Below, in pieces: positions 1 to 6,964 of a stretch of 12,349 nt of DNA; the first letter of the stretch is position 1; every line of letters begins with the position of its first letter. A program made the position numbers and the translations under genes. This DNA comes from a bacterium. Lineage in GTDB: Bacteria > SZUA-182 > DTGQ01 > JAFGSM01. The notes beneath the pieces are model-generated. The model saw only the letters and a list, made by a program, of their open reading frames with translations. It did not search any database and was not told the DNA's origin. The stretch spans positions 1-12,349 of the forward strand of contig JBLIRP010000102.1 in NCBI GenBank assembly GCA_049472355.1, in the 5' to 3' direction.

Positions 1-1512
1 GACCGCGATGGTCCTTCCCGCCTTGCGCACGATCGCGTCCGGGTCCAGGTCCAGGTACGGCTTGTGCCGCACCGCCATGATCACCGCATCCACTCCCTTC
101 AGTGCCTCGTCCAGGTCGGGGCTCATCCGGAGCTGCTTGAGCTTCTCCTGCCCCCTGAAGAAGCGCGCCTTGCTGTGGCCGGGGGCGGGAAAGGTGTCCT
201 GGGCCTCGAATTCCCACCAGTGGTCCACGTAGGGGTCGTGCACCCGGATCTCGGCACCCATCTCGGTGAGCCTGCGCACCATCACCTCCGAGCCGCTGTA
301 CCGGGTGTCTCCCACGTCCTCCCGGTAGGAGGCCCCCAGCACCAGTATCTCCGCTGCGGCGATGGGACGGTCCATGTTCCGGAGGGCGTCCCTGGTGATC
401 TGGCCCACGTGGAGCGCCCTGGTGTCGTTCACGTCGATGGCCGCGGGGGTGAAGCTGAAGATGCTGTCCTCCCAGCCCAGGATGTGCCGGTAGGCCCACA
501 GGCCCAGGCCCCCGTCCTTGGGCAGGCAGTACCCGCCGATCCCCGGGCCGGGGAAGATCATGTTGCTGTGGGTGGGCCGCACCTTGATGGCCTTGATCAC
601 CTTGACCAGGTCCACGCCGTTGCGCTCGGCAAAGAGGCTCCACTCGTTCATGAACGCGAGGATGGTGGCGCGGTAGCTGTTTTCCACGATCTTTGCGGTC
701 TCCGACTCGATGGGCCGGTCCATGACGGTGAGGGGATACTCCCTGGTGTTGAGCACCTCGTTGAGGAACCGCACCACGTGCTGTTTCGCCTCCTCGTTGA
801 TCCCGCTGCACACCCGCCAGAAGTCCCTGATGCTCTTTACGTAGTCCCTTCCGGGCATGACCCGCTCGTAGCTGTGGGCAAGCAGGGGATCGGTGGTGAT
901 CCCGCGCTGCCTGAACACCTTCTTCATGATGGGGTAGGCGATCTGCTCGGTGGTGCCGGGGGCCACCGTGGTCTCGATGATCACCAGGGCCTTTGCCGGG
1001 ATGTGCTCGGCGATGATCTCCAGGGACTGCTCCAGGGCCGCCATGTCCGTCTCCCCCTGCCGCACGTCCCCCAGGGCCTCCTTCACGAAGTCGCACTGCA
1101 CATCCACGATCACCACGTCCGCAAGGTTCAGGGCGTCGTAGGTGAAGGTGGCGGTGAAGGTCTGCTTCTTTTTGACGCACCGGTGGATCATGGGCGCCAC
1201 CTCCGGGTCCTCCGCCTTGACCGGGGAGACGCCCCGGTTGATCAACGGGATCTTCCAGTAGCTGCGGGCGCTGGGCCGCTGCATCCCGATGACGAACTTG
1301 GAGGGCTCCCCCTTCTCGTTCACGGTGTCCGCCACGATAGCGGCCATCACCGCCCCGACAAACCCGACCCCCATGACCACCACGATCTCCCTTCCCTTTT
1401 TCCGGTGATCGGCGACAAGGTCCTGGAGACGGGCGAATTCCTTTCGATAATCATTTTCCTGGGGCAGGGGAAAGCGTTCTCCCTCCGGGCTTGTGGAGTA
1501 TTGTTCTGCCAT
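1..1512 (-). CDS. Nucleotide-sugar 6-dehydrogenase (UDP-glucose/GDP-mannose dehydrogenase family, WecC/WbpA-like motifs); 3' end lies beyond the window
   Basis: Manual translation from ATG at 1512 (AGGAGG RBS just upstream): MAEQYSTSPEGERFPLP...VVVMGVGFVGAVMA (Rossmann GxGxxG), IIETTVAPGTTE, SYERVMPG, KIVENSYR, GPGIGGYCLPKD (catalytic Cys), LGASYREDVGDTRYS, VHDPYV. Open for 504 codons to the window edge. Confidence 0.93.
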   Translation of the reverse strand, partial: MAEQYSTSPEGERFPLPQENDYRKEFARLQDLVADHRKKGREIVVVMGVGFVGAVMAAIVADTVNEKGEPSKFVIGMQRPSARSYWKIPLINRGVSPVKAEDPEVAPMIHRCVKKKQTFTATFTYDALNLADVVIVDVQCDFVKEALGDVRQGETDMAALEQSLEIIAEHIPAKALVIIETTVAPGTTEQIAYPIMKKVFRQRGITTDPLLAHSYERVMPGRDYVKSIRDFWRVCSGINEEAKQHVVRFLNEVLNTREYPLTVMDRPIESETAKIVENSYRATILAFMNEWSLFAERNGVDLVKVIKAIKVRPTHSNMIFPGPGIGGYCLPKDGGLGLWAYRHILGWEDSIFSFTPAAIDVNDTRALHVGQITRDALRNMDRPIAAAEILVLGASYREDVGDTRYSGSEVMVRRLTEMGAEIRVHDPYVDHWWEFEAQDTFPAPGHSKARFFRGQEKLKQLRMSPDLDEALKGVDAVIMAVRHKPYLDLDPDAIVRKAGRTIAV

Positions 1513-1554
1513 GGCGGTTTCCTCCTGGTAAAAAAGGTGGGAATGTTCTAATCG

Positions 1555-1594
1555 TAGGCTGTAGATAATGTCAATAGGCTATAAATAATGTCAA
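1555..1594. repeat. Tandem 20-bp direct repeat in the dehydrogenase leader
   Basis: TAGGCTGTAGATAATGTCAA (1555-1574) and TAGGCTATAAATAATGTCAA (1575-1594), 18/20 identical. Confidence 0.9.
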
Positions 1595-1623
1595 AATATA
1601 TCAAAAAATTTACTTAAGGTCAA
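1595..1623 (-). promoter_or_regulatory. Putative sigma70 promoter of the dehydrogenase
   Basis: Minus strand reads TTGACC-N17-TATATT with a TGn extended -10, about 80 bp upstream of the ATG at 1512. Confidence 0.6.
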
Positions 1624-1658
1624 GCAACTTAGGCAAAATGGTGTCACATGGACAAAAT

Positions 1659-1927
1659 GGGGTCAGGTCTTGAAATGACAGTTTTTGGGAGCATCCCCCG
1701 TACCCGCCGCGGAATATGAGATATGTTGCTGATATTAAGAGCATAGGTTTTGTTTTCGGAACAAACGCTCATGCCGCTTTAGCGGCGCCACGAAGGATGA
1801 AAATATAATTTTCAATAGGATATGTGATATTTTCGGAACAAACGCTCATGCCAATTTATGGCACCACGAAGCATGAAAATATGATTCTATTTTCGAGAAA
1901 AAAACTGACAATTCAAGACCTGACCCC
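1659..1927. mobile_element. Non-autonomous MITE/REP-like element E1 (269 bp) with 28-bp terminal inverted repeats and two internal hairpin units
   Basis: Left end GGGGTCAGGTCTTGAAATGACAGTTTTT (1659-1686) versus reverse complement of 1900-1927 GGGGTCAGGTCTTGAATTGTCAGTTTTT, 26/28. Internal exact 23-bp direct repeat TTTTCGGAACAAACGCTCATGCC at 1753-1775 and 1830-1852. Mobility is inferred. Confidence 0.75.
1884..1911 (-). promoter_or_regulatory. Possible inward-facing sigma70 promoter in the right end of E1
   Basis: Minus strand TTGTCA-N16-TAGAAT; positionally homologous to the promoter-like motif at 4067-4095. Confidence 0.4.
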
Positions 1928-1938
1928 AAATCACGAGA

Positions 1939-1968
1939 TTGACAAATTCCTGTTATCTTGGGTAGAAT
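1939..1968 (+). promoter_or_regulatory. Putative sigma70 promoter of the gmd operon
   Basis: TTGACA (1939-1944)-N18-TAGAAT (1963-1968), 40 bp upstream of the ATG at 2009. Confidence 0.65.
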
Positions 1969-2008
1969 AGGACAGAATTTCAATGAAACGAAAATACAAG
2001 GAGTTGCT

Positions 2009-3094
2009 ATGAAAAGGGCATTGGTCACCGGCATTACCGGCCAGGACGGGGCATACCTTGCGGAATTCCTGTTGAAGAAGGGATACGAGGTGCACGGCAT
2101 CAAGCGCCGGGCCTCCCTCTTCAACACCCAGCGGGTGGATCACCTGTACCGCGATCCCCACGAAAAGGGGGTCGCCTTTTTCATGCACTACGGCGATCTC
2201 ACCGATTCCACCAACCTGATCAGGATCATCCAGGAGGTCAAGCCCGATGAGATCTACAACCTGGGCGCACAGAGCCACGTCATGGTGTCCTTCGAGACGC
2301 CGGAATACACTGCAAATTCGGATGCCATGGGGACCCTCCGCCTGCTGGAGGCGCTGCGCATCCTGAACATGACCGATACGGTCCGATTCTACCAGGCATC
2401 CACCAGCGAGCTGTACGGCCTGGTGCAGGAGACCCCCCAGACGGAGAAGACCCCCTTCTATCCCCGTAGCCCCTACGGGGTGGCAAAGCTCTATGCCTAC
2501 TGGATCACGGTGAACTACCGGGAGGCATACCACATCTTTGCGTGTAACGGCATCCTGTTCAACCACGAGTCCCCGTTGCGTGGCGAGACCTTTCTCACCC
2601 GCAAAATCACCAGGGGGGTCGCCCGGATAAAACTCGGCCTTCAGGACCGGCTTTTCCTGGGGAACCTCGACGCCCGCCGTGATTGGGGGTATGCACCGGA
2701 TTATGTCCGGGCCATGTGGCTTATCCTGCAGCAGGATGAGCCTGACGATTACGTCATCGCCACCGGGGAGAACCATTCCGTGCGGGAATTCGTGGAAAAG
2801 GCCTTTGCCGAGGTGGGTATGGAGATCGCCTGGGAGGGCCAGGGGATCGACGAGAAGGGAATCGATCCGGAAAACGGCGTGGCGCGGGTTGAGGTGGACC
2901 CCCGGTATTTCAGGCCCACGGAGGTGGAATGCCTGCTGGGGGACGCCACCAAGGCACGGGAGAAGCTGGGCTGGAAACCGGAGACCGGGTTCGAGGACCT
3001 GATTCGCCTCATGATCACGGAGGACCTGAAGGAGGCGGAGAGGGACCACCTGTGCCATGAGGCCGGTTTCAGGGTGTACAATTACCATGAATGA
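2009..3094 (+). CDS. gmd: GDP-mannose 4,6-dehydratase
   Basis: [65 protein letters not shown] (YxxxK), [40 protein letters not shown] at 1998-2003 supports ATG 2009 (361 aa) over the track start at 1958. Confidence 0.98.
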   Translation: MKRALVTGITGQDGAYLAEFLLKKGYEVHGIKRRASLFNTQRVDHLYRDPHEKGVAFFMHYGDLTDSTNLIRIIQEVKPDEIYNLGAQSHVMVSFETPEYTANSDAMGTLRLLEALRILNMTDTVRFYQASTSELYGLVQETPQTEKTPFYPRSPYGVAKLYAYWITVNYREAYHIFACNGILFNHESPLRGETFLTRKITRGVARIKLGLQDRLFLGNLDARRDWGYAPDYVRAMWLILQQDEPDDYVIATGENHSVREFVEKAFAEVGMEIAWEGQGIDEKGIDPENGVARVEVDPRYFRPTEVECLLGDATKAREKLGWKPETGFEDLIRLMITEDLKEAERDHLCHEAGFRVYNYHE

Positions 3095-3106
3095 GGGGAA
3101 ATCCTG

Positions 3107-3946
3107 ATGCGCCGTGCCCTTGTGACGGTTCTTATCCTTACCAATATCCTCCTGCTGATCGGCGTCATCTGGCTCCATGCATTGGTGGGCGAGAAGGGAA
3201 AGGACATCGCGCGGCTCCAGGAGCAGGTGGCATACCTCGCCGGGCACCTTCCCGCAGGGGAAGGCATGGAGCGGGTATCGGCATCGGAGGAACGGATACG
3301 CTCCCTCATCGGGGACCTCGGCGGCAAAAATCTCATCACCCAGTACCAGGCGGGATTGCAGCTCAAGAAGATCGGCCCGCCCGCGGTGCCGTATCTGATG
3401 GAGGCGTTGAAGGGGAGCGAGGGGAGGGACACCAGGCCCCTTCTTCTGCTGTTGCAGGGCATGGGTGATGCGGACCTGACCCCTGATCTCATGGATATAT
3501 ACCGGTCCTCACAGGATGAGGTGAGCAGGGTGGGGATCATCACCATACTCGGGAAGTGGGGGGACTACCGGGCAGAGGGCATCATCCGCGCGGCGGCGCA
3601 GGAGCAAGACTGGCGGCTCAGGACCGCTGCGGCCCAGGCATTGGGCAATTTCGAGGGGGACCAGGCAGCGGCGTCGGCCCTTATTCCGCTTCTTTCAGAC
3701 AAGAACCGTTACGTGCGCTCCACCGCCCAGAATGCACTCCGGAGCCTTGCCGTGGGTGAGGACGGCATCGACCTCTTCACCGGCCTGCTGAAACAGGGGG
3801 ATGCGGATATGCGGTACCTGCTCGTGCGGCACCTGTCCAAGGTGGGGGCAAAGGAGGCCCGCCCCGTGCTGGAAGCGGCTGCCAAGGATACGAACGAGGC
3901 CGTGCGCAAGGCCGCCCTGGAGGCCCTTGCCTCCGGGCAACAGTGA
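3107..3946 (+). CDS. Membrane-anchored HEAT/PBS-lyase-like repeat protein (279 aa)
   Basis: N-terminal hydrophobic helix (ALVTVLILTNILLLIGVIWL) followed by HEAT-like repeats: LKKIGPPAVPYLMEAL, DWRLRTAAAQALG, LIPLLSDKNRYVRSTAQNAL, AAKDTNEAVRKAALEAL. Starts 12 bp after the gmd stop, GAGGGG RBS. Confidence 0.85.
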   Translation: MRRALVTVLILTNILLLIGVIWLHALVGEKGKDIARLQEQVAYLAGHLPAGEGMERVSASEERIRSLIGDLGGKNLITQYQAGLQLKKIGPPAVPYLMEALKGSEGRDTRPLLLLLQGMGDADLTPDLMDIYRSSQDEVSRVGIITILGKWGDYRAEGIIRAAAQEQDWRLRTAAAQALGNFEGDQAAASALIPLLSDKNRYVRSTAQNALRSLAVGEDGIDLFTGLLKQGDADMRYLLVRHLSKVGAKEARPVLEAAAKDTNEAVRKAALEALASGQQ

Positions 3947-4050
3947 GGCCCTTCTTCCGATCTCATGGCAAGATATGTGATCCCCGTCGCTGAAATGACC
4001 GAAAAAAATAAAAAGGAGATCTCTCGAAGCGTGCCTTAAAAGGGTGGCTT

Positions 4051-4149
4051 GGGGTCAGGTCTTGGATTGACAGTCTTTGTCTCCGAAAATAAAATCATAT
4101 GTTCATGCTTCATGGCGCTGCAAAGTGGCATGAGCATTTGTCTCGGACA
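4051..4149 (+). mobile_element. Half element E2: one end motif plus one hairpin unit
   Basis: About 81/99 identity by manual alignment to the reverse complement of 1830-1927 (right part of E1). No closing inverted end before the gene at 4225. Confidence 0.7.
4067..4095 (+). promoter_or_regulatory. Near-consensus sigma70 promoter inside E2, pointing toward the beta-barrel gene
   Basis: TTGACA (4067-4072)-N17-TAAAAT (4090-4095). Confidence 0.65.
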
Positions 4150-4224
4150 CGGGGCCGATTATTCGCCTTTATGGATTAAGGATGGTTTCTGCCGTCAATT
4201 TTTAAGAGAAATGGGGGAGGAATT

Positions 4225-4740
4225 ATGAGCATTAATAAAAGACATGCCTTTCTTGTAGTCATCGTCGTCATCACGTTCGTCTTTTTGGCCTTCACGTCAA
4301 AGGTTATGGCCCAGGGGTTGTCGGGGATGCGTTGGAATGGATGGGGAGCGCGCGTCGGTCTGAGCGATGACCCCGATCAGGTATATGGCGGCGTGCATCT
4401 CAACATGGGAGAGTTTGCACGGGATGTACGCCTCAGGCCGAGCATGGAGCTTGGATTGGGTGATGACGTGACGGTCCTGCAAATACTGGCCGAGGTGCAC
4501 TATGTCTTTTCGAGGGTCCGGCCCTGGACACCCTATCTGGGCGGCGGACTGGGACTGACCTATGTCAATTTCGATGACGATCATCCCGGAGATGACAGCG
4601 ATACGGAGGTTTCCCTGAGCCCTATCTTCGGGATCGAGACCGGGTTGAATCGAGGCAAAAGGCTTTTCTTCGAGCTTAAATTCGGTCTCGGTGATGATGA
4701 TCCCGACATCAAGATAGGGGTGGGAATAAGCTGGAAGTAG
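4225..4740 (+). CDS. Small outer-membrane beta-barrel protein (OmpA/OmpW-like barrel), 171 aa
   Basis: Signal peptide ending near VMA-Q, alternating hydrophobic strands (WGARVGL, YGGVHL, AEVHYVF, WTPYLGGGLGLTYV, LFFELKF), aromatic C-terminal strand IKIGVGISWK; GGAGG RBS. Confidence 0.85.
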   Translation: MSINKRHAFLVVIVVITFVFLAFTSKVMAQGLSGMRWNGWGARVGLSDDPDQVYGGVHLNMGEFARDVRLRPSMELGLGDDVTVLQILAEVHYVFSRVRPWTPYLGGGLGLTYVNFDDDHPGDDSDTEVSLSPIFGIETGLNRGKRLFFELKFGLGDDDPDIKIGVGISWK

Positions 4741-4746
4741 GATTAT

Positions 4747-4886
4747 GGGGTCAGGTCTTGAATTGACAGGTTTTGTTCCGAAAATATCCCGTATTCACTT
4801 GAAAATATAGCATTTTTATAATTCGTGGCGCCACGAATCGGCATGAGGGTTTGTTGCAAGAAACTGATATTTCAAGACCTGACCCC
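4747..4886. mobile_element. Non-autonomous MITE/REP-like element E3 (140 bp) with one internal hairpin unit
   Basis: Perfect 16-bp terminal inverted repeat GGGGTCAGGTCTTGAA (4747-4762 / 4871-4886), 23/28 when extended. The interior aligns with the reverse complement of E1 1753-1842. Confidence 0.75.
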
Positions 4887-5050
4887 ATCTTTGCCATCTT
4901 TGTTTTTGCCTGGGTATTGATTCCTGTGACGCGTTGTAGTATATTTTTCCATAGCAATCATTCCTCTTGGATTCTCCATCTTTGCTCAAATAATCCTTAT
5001 GGCGTGCATCGCAGGCACTCTTTCGGCCTGCGGGCAGGAACAAATCACTG

Positions 5051-5069
5051 GTAGTATCCGGGATACTAC
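5051..5069. repeat. Perfect 9-1-9 inverted repeat
   Basis: GTAGTATCC-G-GGATACTAC. Confidence 0.85.
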
Positions 5070-5125
5070 ATCTTCGCTTTACCATCACCTTATAATTTAG
5101 TCTCTGCGGGTTTAATTTCCCGCCA

Positions 5126-5157
5126 ATACGCCGCTGCTTGCGTCGGGGCAATTTATT
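5126..5157 (+). repeat. Second dispersed hairpin repeat family, copy 1
   Basis: ATACGCCGCTGCTTGCGTCGGGGCAATTTATT; 23/32 ungapped identity with 8047-8078. Confidence 0.55.
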
Positions 5158-5226
5158 GGATCAGCGCCGTCGTTTTCCCTTCTCTGTTTTTATAATTCAG
5201 CCGGTTATAGGAAAGCTGTTAACCAG

Positions 5227-5341
5227 ACTTTCATCCTTCATCGTGATCGAAAGATCATGGGTATTCATATGAGAGCAGTCAACTAATCATGTGTTTTCAA
5301 AACCCTCATGCCTCGTTGTGATGGAACAATCATGGGTGTTT
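5227..5341 (+). repeat. Two diverged free-standing copies of the E1-E3 hairpin unit (75-bp period), without terminal inverted repeats
   Basis: ACTTTCATCCTTCATCGTGATCGAAAGATCATGGGTATTC (5227-5266) and ACCCTCATGCCTCGTTGTGATGGAACAATCATGGGTGTTT (5302-5341) fit the consensus TCATnCYTCRTnGYG-stem-loop-CATGRGnRTT. Confidence 0.65.
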
Positions 5342-5366
5342 ATCACGGGATAACAGGTTATCGCGG

Positions 5367-6902
5367 ATGATCTCCTGTCTCTACAGCGGGACCTTGCTGG
5401 GTATTGACGCCCATCCGGTGGAGGTGCAGGTGGACCTTGCCCGAGGGCTACCGCTCTTCAACACGGTAGGGCTTCCCGATGCCGCGGTCAGGGAGAGCAG
5501 GGACCGGGTCAAGGCCGCCCTCACCAACTCCGGTTTCACCTTCCCCCTGAGCAGGATCACCATCAATCTGGCCCCTGCGGACATCAGAAAGGAGGGAACC
5601 GCCTTCGACCTTCCCATCTCCCTGGGGATACTTGCAGCCCAGGGGCTCATTCCCCAGGACACCCTCAACCGCTATATGATCGTGGGGGAGCTCTCCCTTG
5701 ACGGCAGGATCTGCCCGGTGCGGGGCGCCCTTTCCCTGGCCATGACCGCGCGGGACCTGGACAAGGGGCTGCTGCTTCCCTCGGTGAACCGCAATGAGGC
5801 GGCCATCGTGGAGGAGACCGCGGTGTTTCCGGCGGAAAGCCTCCCCCAGGTGGTGGGCTTTCTGAACGGGGAGATCGACATCCCCCGGCACCGGGTGGAT
5901 ATGGAGGGCCTCTGGGATACGGGGGGAGATGATTTGCTCGATTTCGCTGACGTGAAGGGGCAGGAATACGCAAAGCGGGCACTGGAGGTGGCGGCCGCCG
6001 GATTTCATAATCTCCTGATGCTTGGTCCGCCGGGGTCCGGAAAGACCATGCTGGCAAAACGCATTCCCTCCATACTGCCGCCCCTCGGCCTGGAGGAGGC
6101 CATCGTCACCACCAGGGTCCACAGTTGCGCCGGCCTGATCCCACCGCAACATGCCCTGATCGTGGAGCGTCCCTTCCGCTCCCCCCACCACACCATCACC
6201 CGTGCCGGGATGATCGGCGGGGGAGGGGTGCCGAGGCCGGGGGAGGTGTCCCTGGCCCACAACGGCGTCCTGTTCCTGGACGAGATGCCCGAGTTCAGGA
6301 GGGACATCCTGGAGTTGCTCCGGCAGCCCCTGGAGGACGGCAGGGTGGCCATTGCCCGCGCCTCCATGACCCTGTGTTTTCCCGCCCGGTTTATGCTGGT
6401 GGGGGCCATGAATCCCTGCCCGTGCGGCTACTACTCCCATCCGCAGAAGGAGTGCCGGTGCAGCCCGCTGCAGATACGAAACTACCTGGGCCGCATCTCC
6501 GGCCCCCTGCTTGACCGCATCGACCTGCACGTGGAGGTGCCGCCCATTTCCTACCGGGAGATGAGCGAGGAGCGCACCGGGGAGCCCTCATCGATGATCC
6601 GGGAGCGGGTGATTGCGGGCAGGGAGCGGCAGCGGGAGCGGTACAAGGGGACTCATGTCCTGTGCAATGCACAGCTCGGGTCCAAGGGGATCAAGGAGTT
6701 TTGCCGCCTGGGCAGGGAATCGAAGCAGCTTCTCCAGGGGGCCATTGCCCGCCTGGGGCTGAGCGCAAGGGCCTACGACCGGATCATCAAGGTGGCGAGG
6801 ACCATCGCCGACCTTGCGGGAGCGGTGAGGATCGGTCCGGAGCACGTTGCGGAGGCCATCCAGTACCGGAGCCTGGACCGGGATTTCTGGGGGGAACCGT
6901 GA
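5367..6902 (+). CDS. comM: ComM/YifB family Mg-chelatase-like AAA+ ATPase (511 aa), intact
   Basis: VGLPDAAVRESRDRV, ITINLAPADIRKEGTAFDLPI, GELSLDG, Walker A GPPGSGKT, RPFRSPHHT, PGEVSLAHNGVLFLDE (Walker B), AMNPCPCG, ISGPLLDRIDL, LSARAYDRIIKVARTIADL. Confidence 0.97.
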   Translation: MISCLYSGTLLGIDAHPVEVQVDLARGLPLFNTVGLPDAAVRESRDRVKAALTNSGFTFPLSRITINLAPADIRKEGTAFDLPISLGILAAQGLIPQDTLNRYMIVGELSLDGRICPVRGALSLAMTARDLDKGLLLPSVNRNEAAIVEETAVFPAESLPQVVGFLNGEIDIPRHRVDMEGLWDTGGDDLLDFADVKGQEYAKRALEVAAAGFHNLLMLGPPGSGKTMLAKRIPSILPPLGLEEAIVTTRVHSCAGLIPPQHALIVERPFRSPHHTITRAGMIGGGGVPRPGEVSLAHNGVLFLDEMPEFRRDILELLRQPLEDGRVAIARASMTLCFPARFMLVGAMNPCPCGYYSHPQKECRCSPLQIRNYLGRISGPLLDRIDLHVEVPPISYREMSEERTGEPSSMIRERVIAGRERQRERYKGTHVLCNAQLGSKGIKEFCRLGRESKQLLQGAIARLGLSARAYDRIIKVARTIADLAGAVRIGPEHVAEAIQYRSLDRDFWGEP

Positions 6903-6964
6903 CGCATGAAGCACGACGTATGGGCCATATTGGAGTACTGCAGACATTCAGACATAACGGGGGC

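Noticed and set aside
64..1551. 495-aa plus-strand ORF in the track
   Set aside because: Antisense shadow of the GC-rich dehydrogenase gene; no recognisable motifs.
1753..1880. Mini-CRISPR reading of the 23-bp exact repeat with 77-bp period
   Set aside because: Only two copies, the would-be spacers are homologous to each other, and there are no cas genes in the window.
1659..1927. Tn3-family assignment from the GGGG termini
   Set aside because: No 38-bp IR ending in TAAG and no 5-bp target duplication at E1 or E3.
1931..3247. 438-aa minus-strand ORF
   Set aside because: Antisense shadow of gmd.
4099..4139. Hairpin unit as an integron attC site or hammerhead ribozyme
   Set aside because: Lacks the RYYYAAC/GTTRRRY boxes and the CUGANGA...GAAA core.
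4816..5151. 111-aa minus-strand ORF as a transposase remnant
   Set aside because: No HUH, DDE or RuvC motifs recognised; it begins and ends inside repeat sequences.
5448..6530. 360-aa minus-strand ORF and other short ORFs overlapping comM
   Set aside because: Shadow frames of a well-supported gene.
5367..6902. Mobile-element interruption of comM
   Set aside because: The gene is full length and uninterrupted, and no integrase or att duplication is seen.
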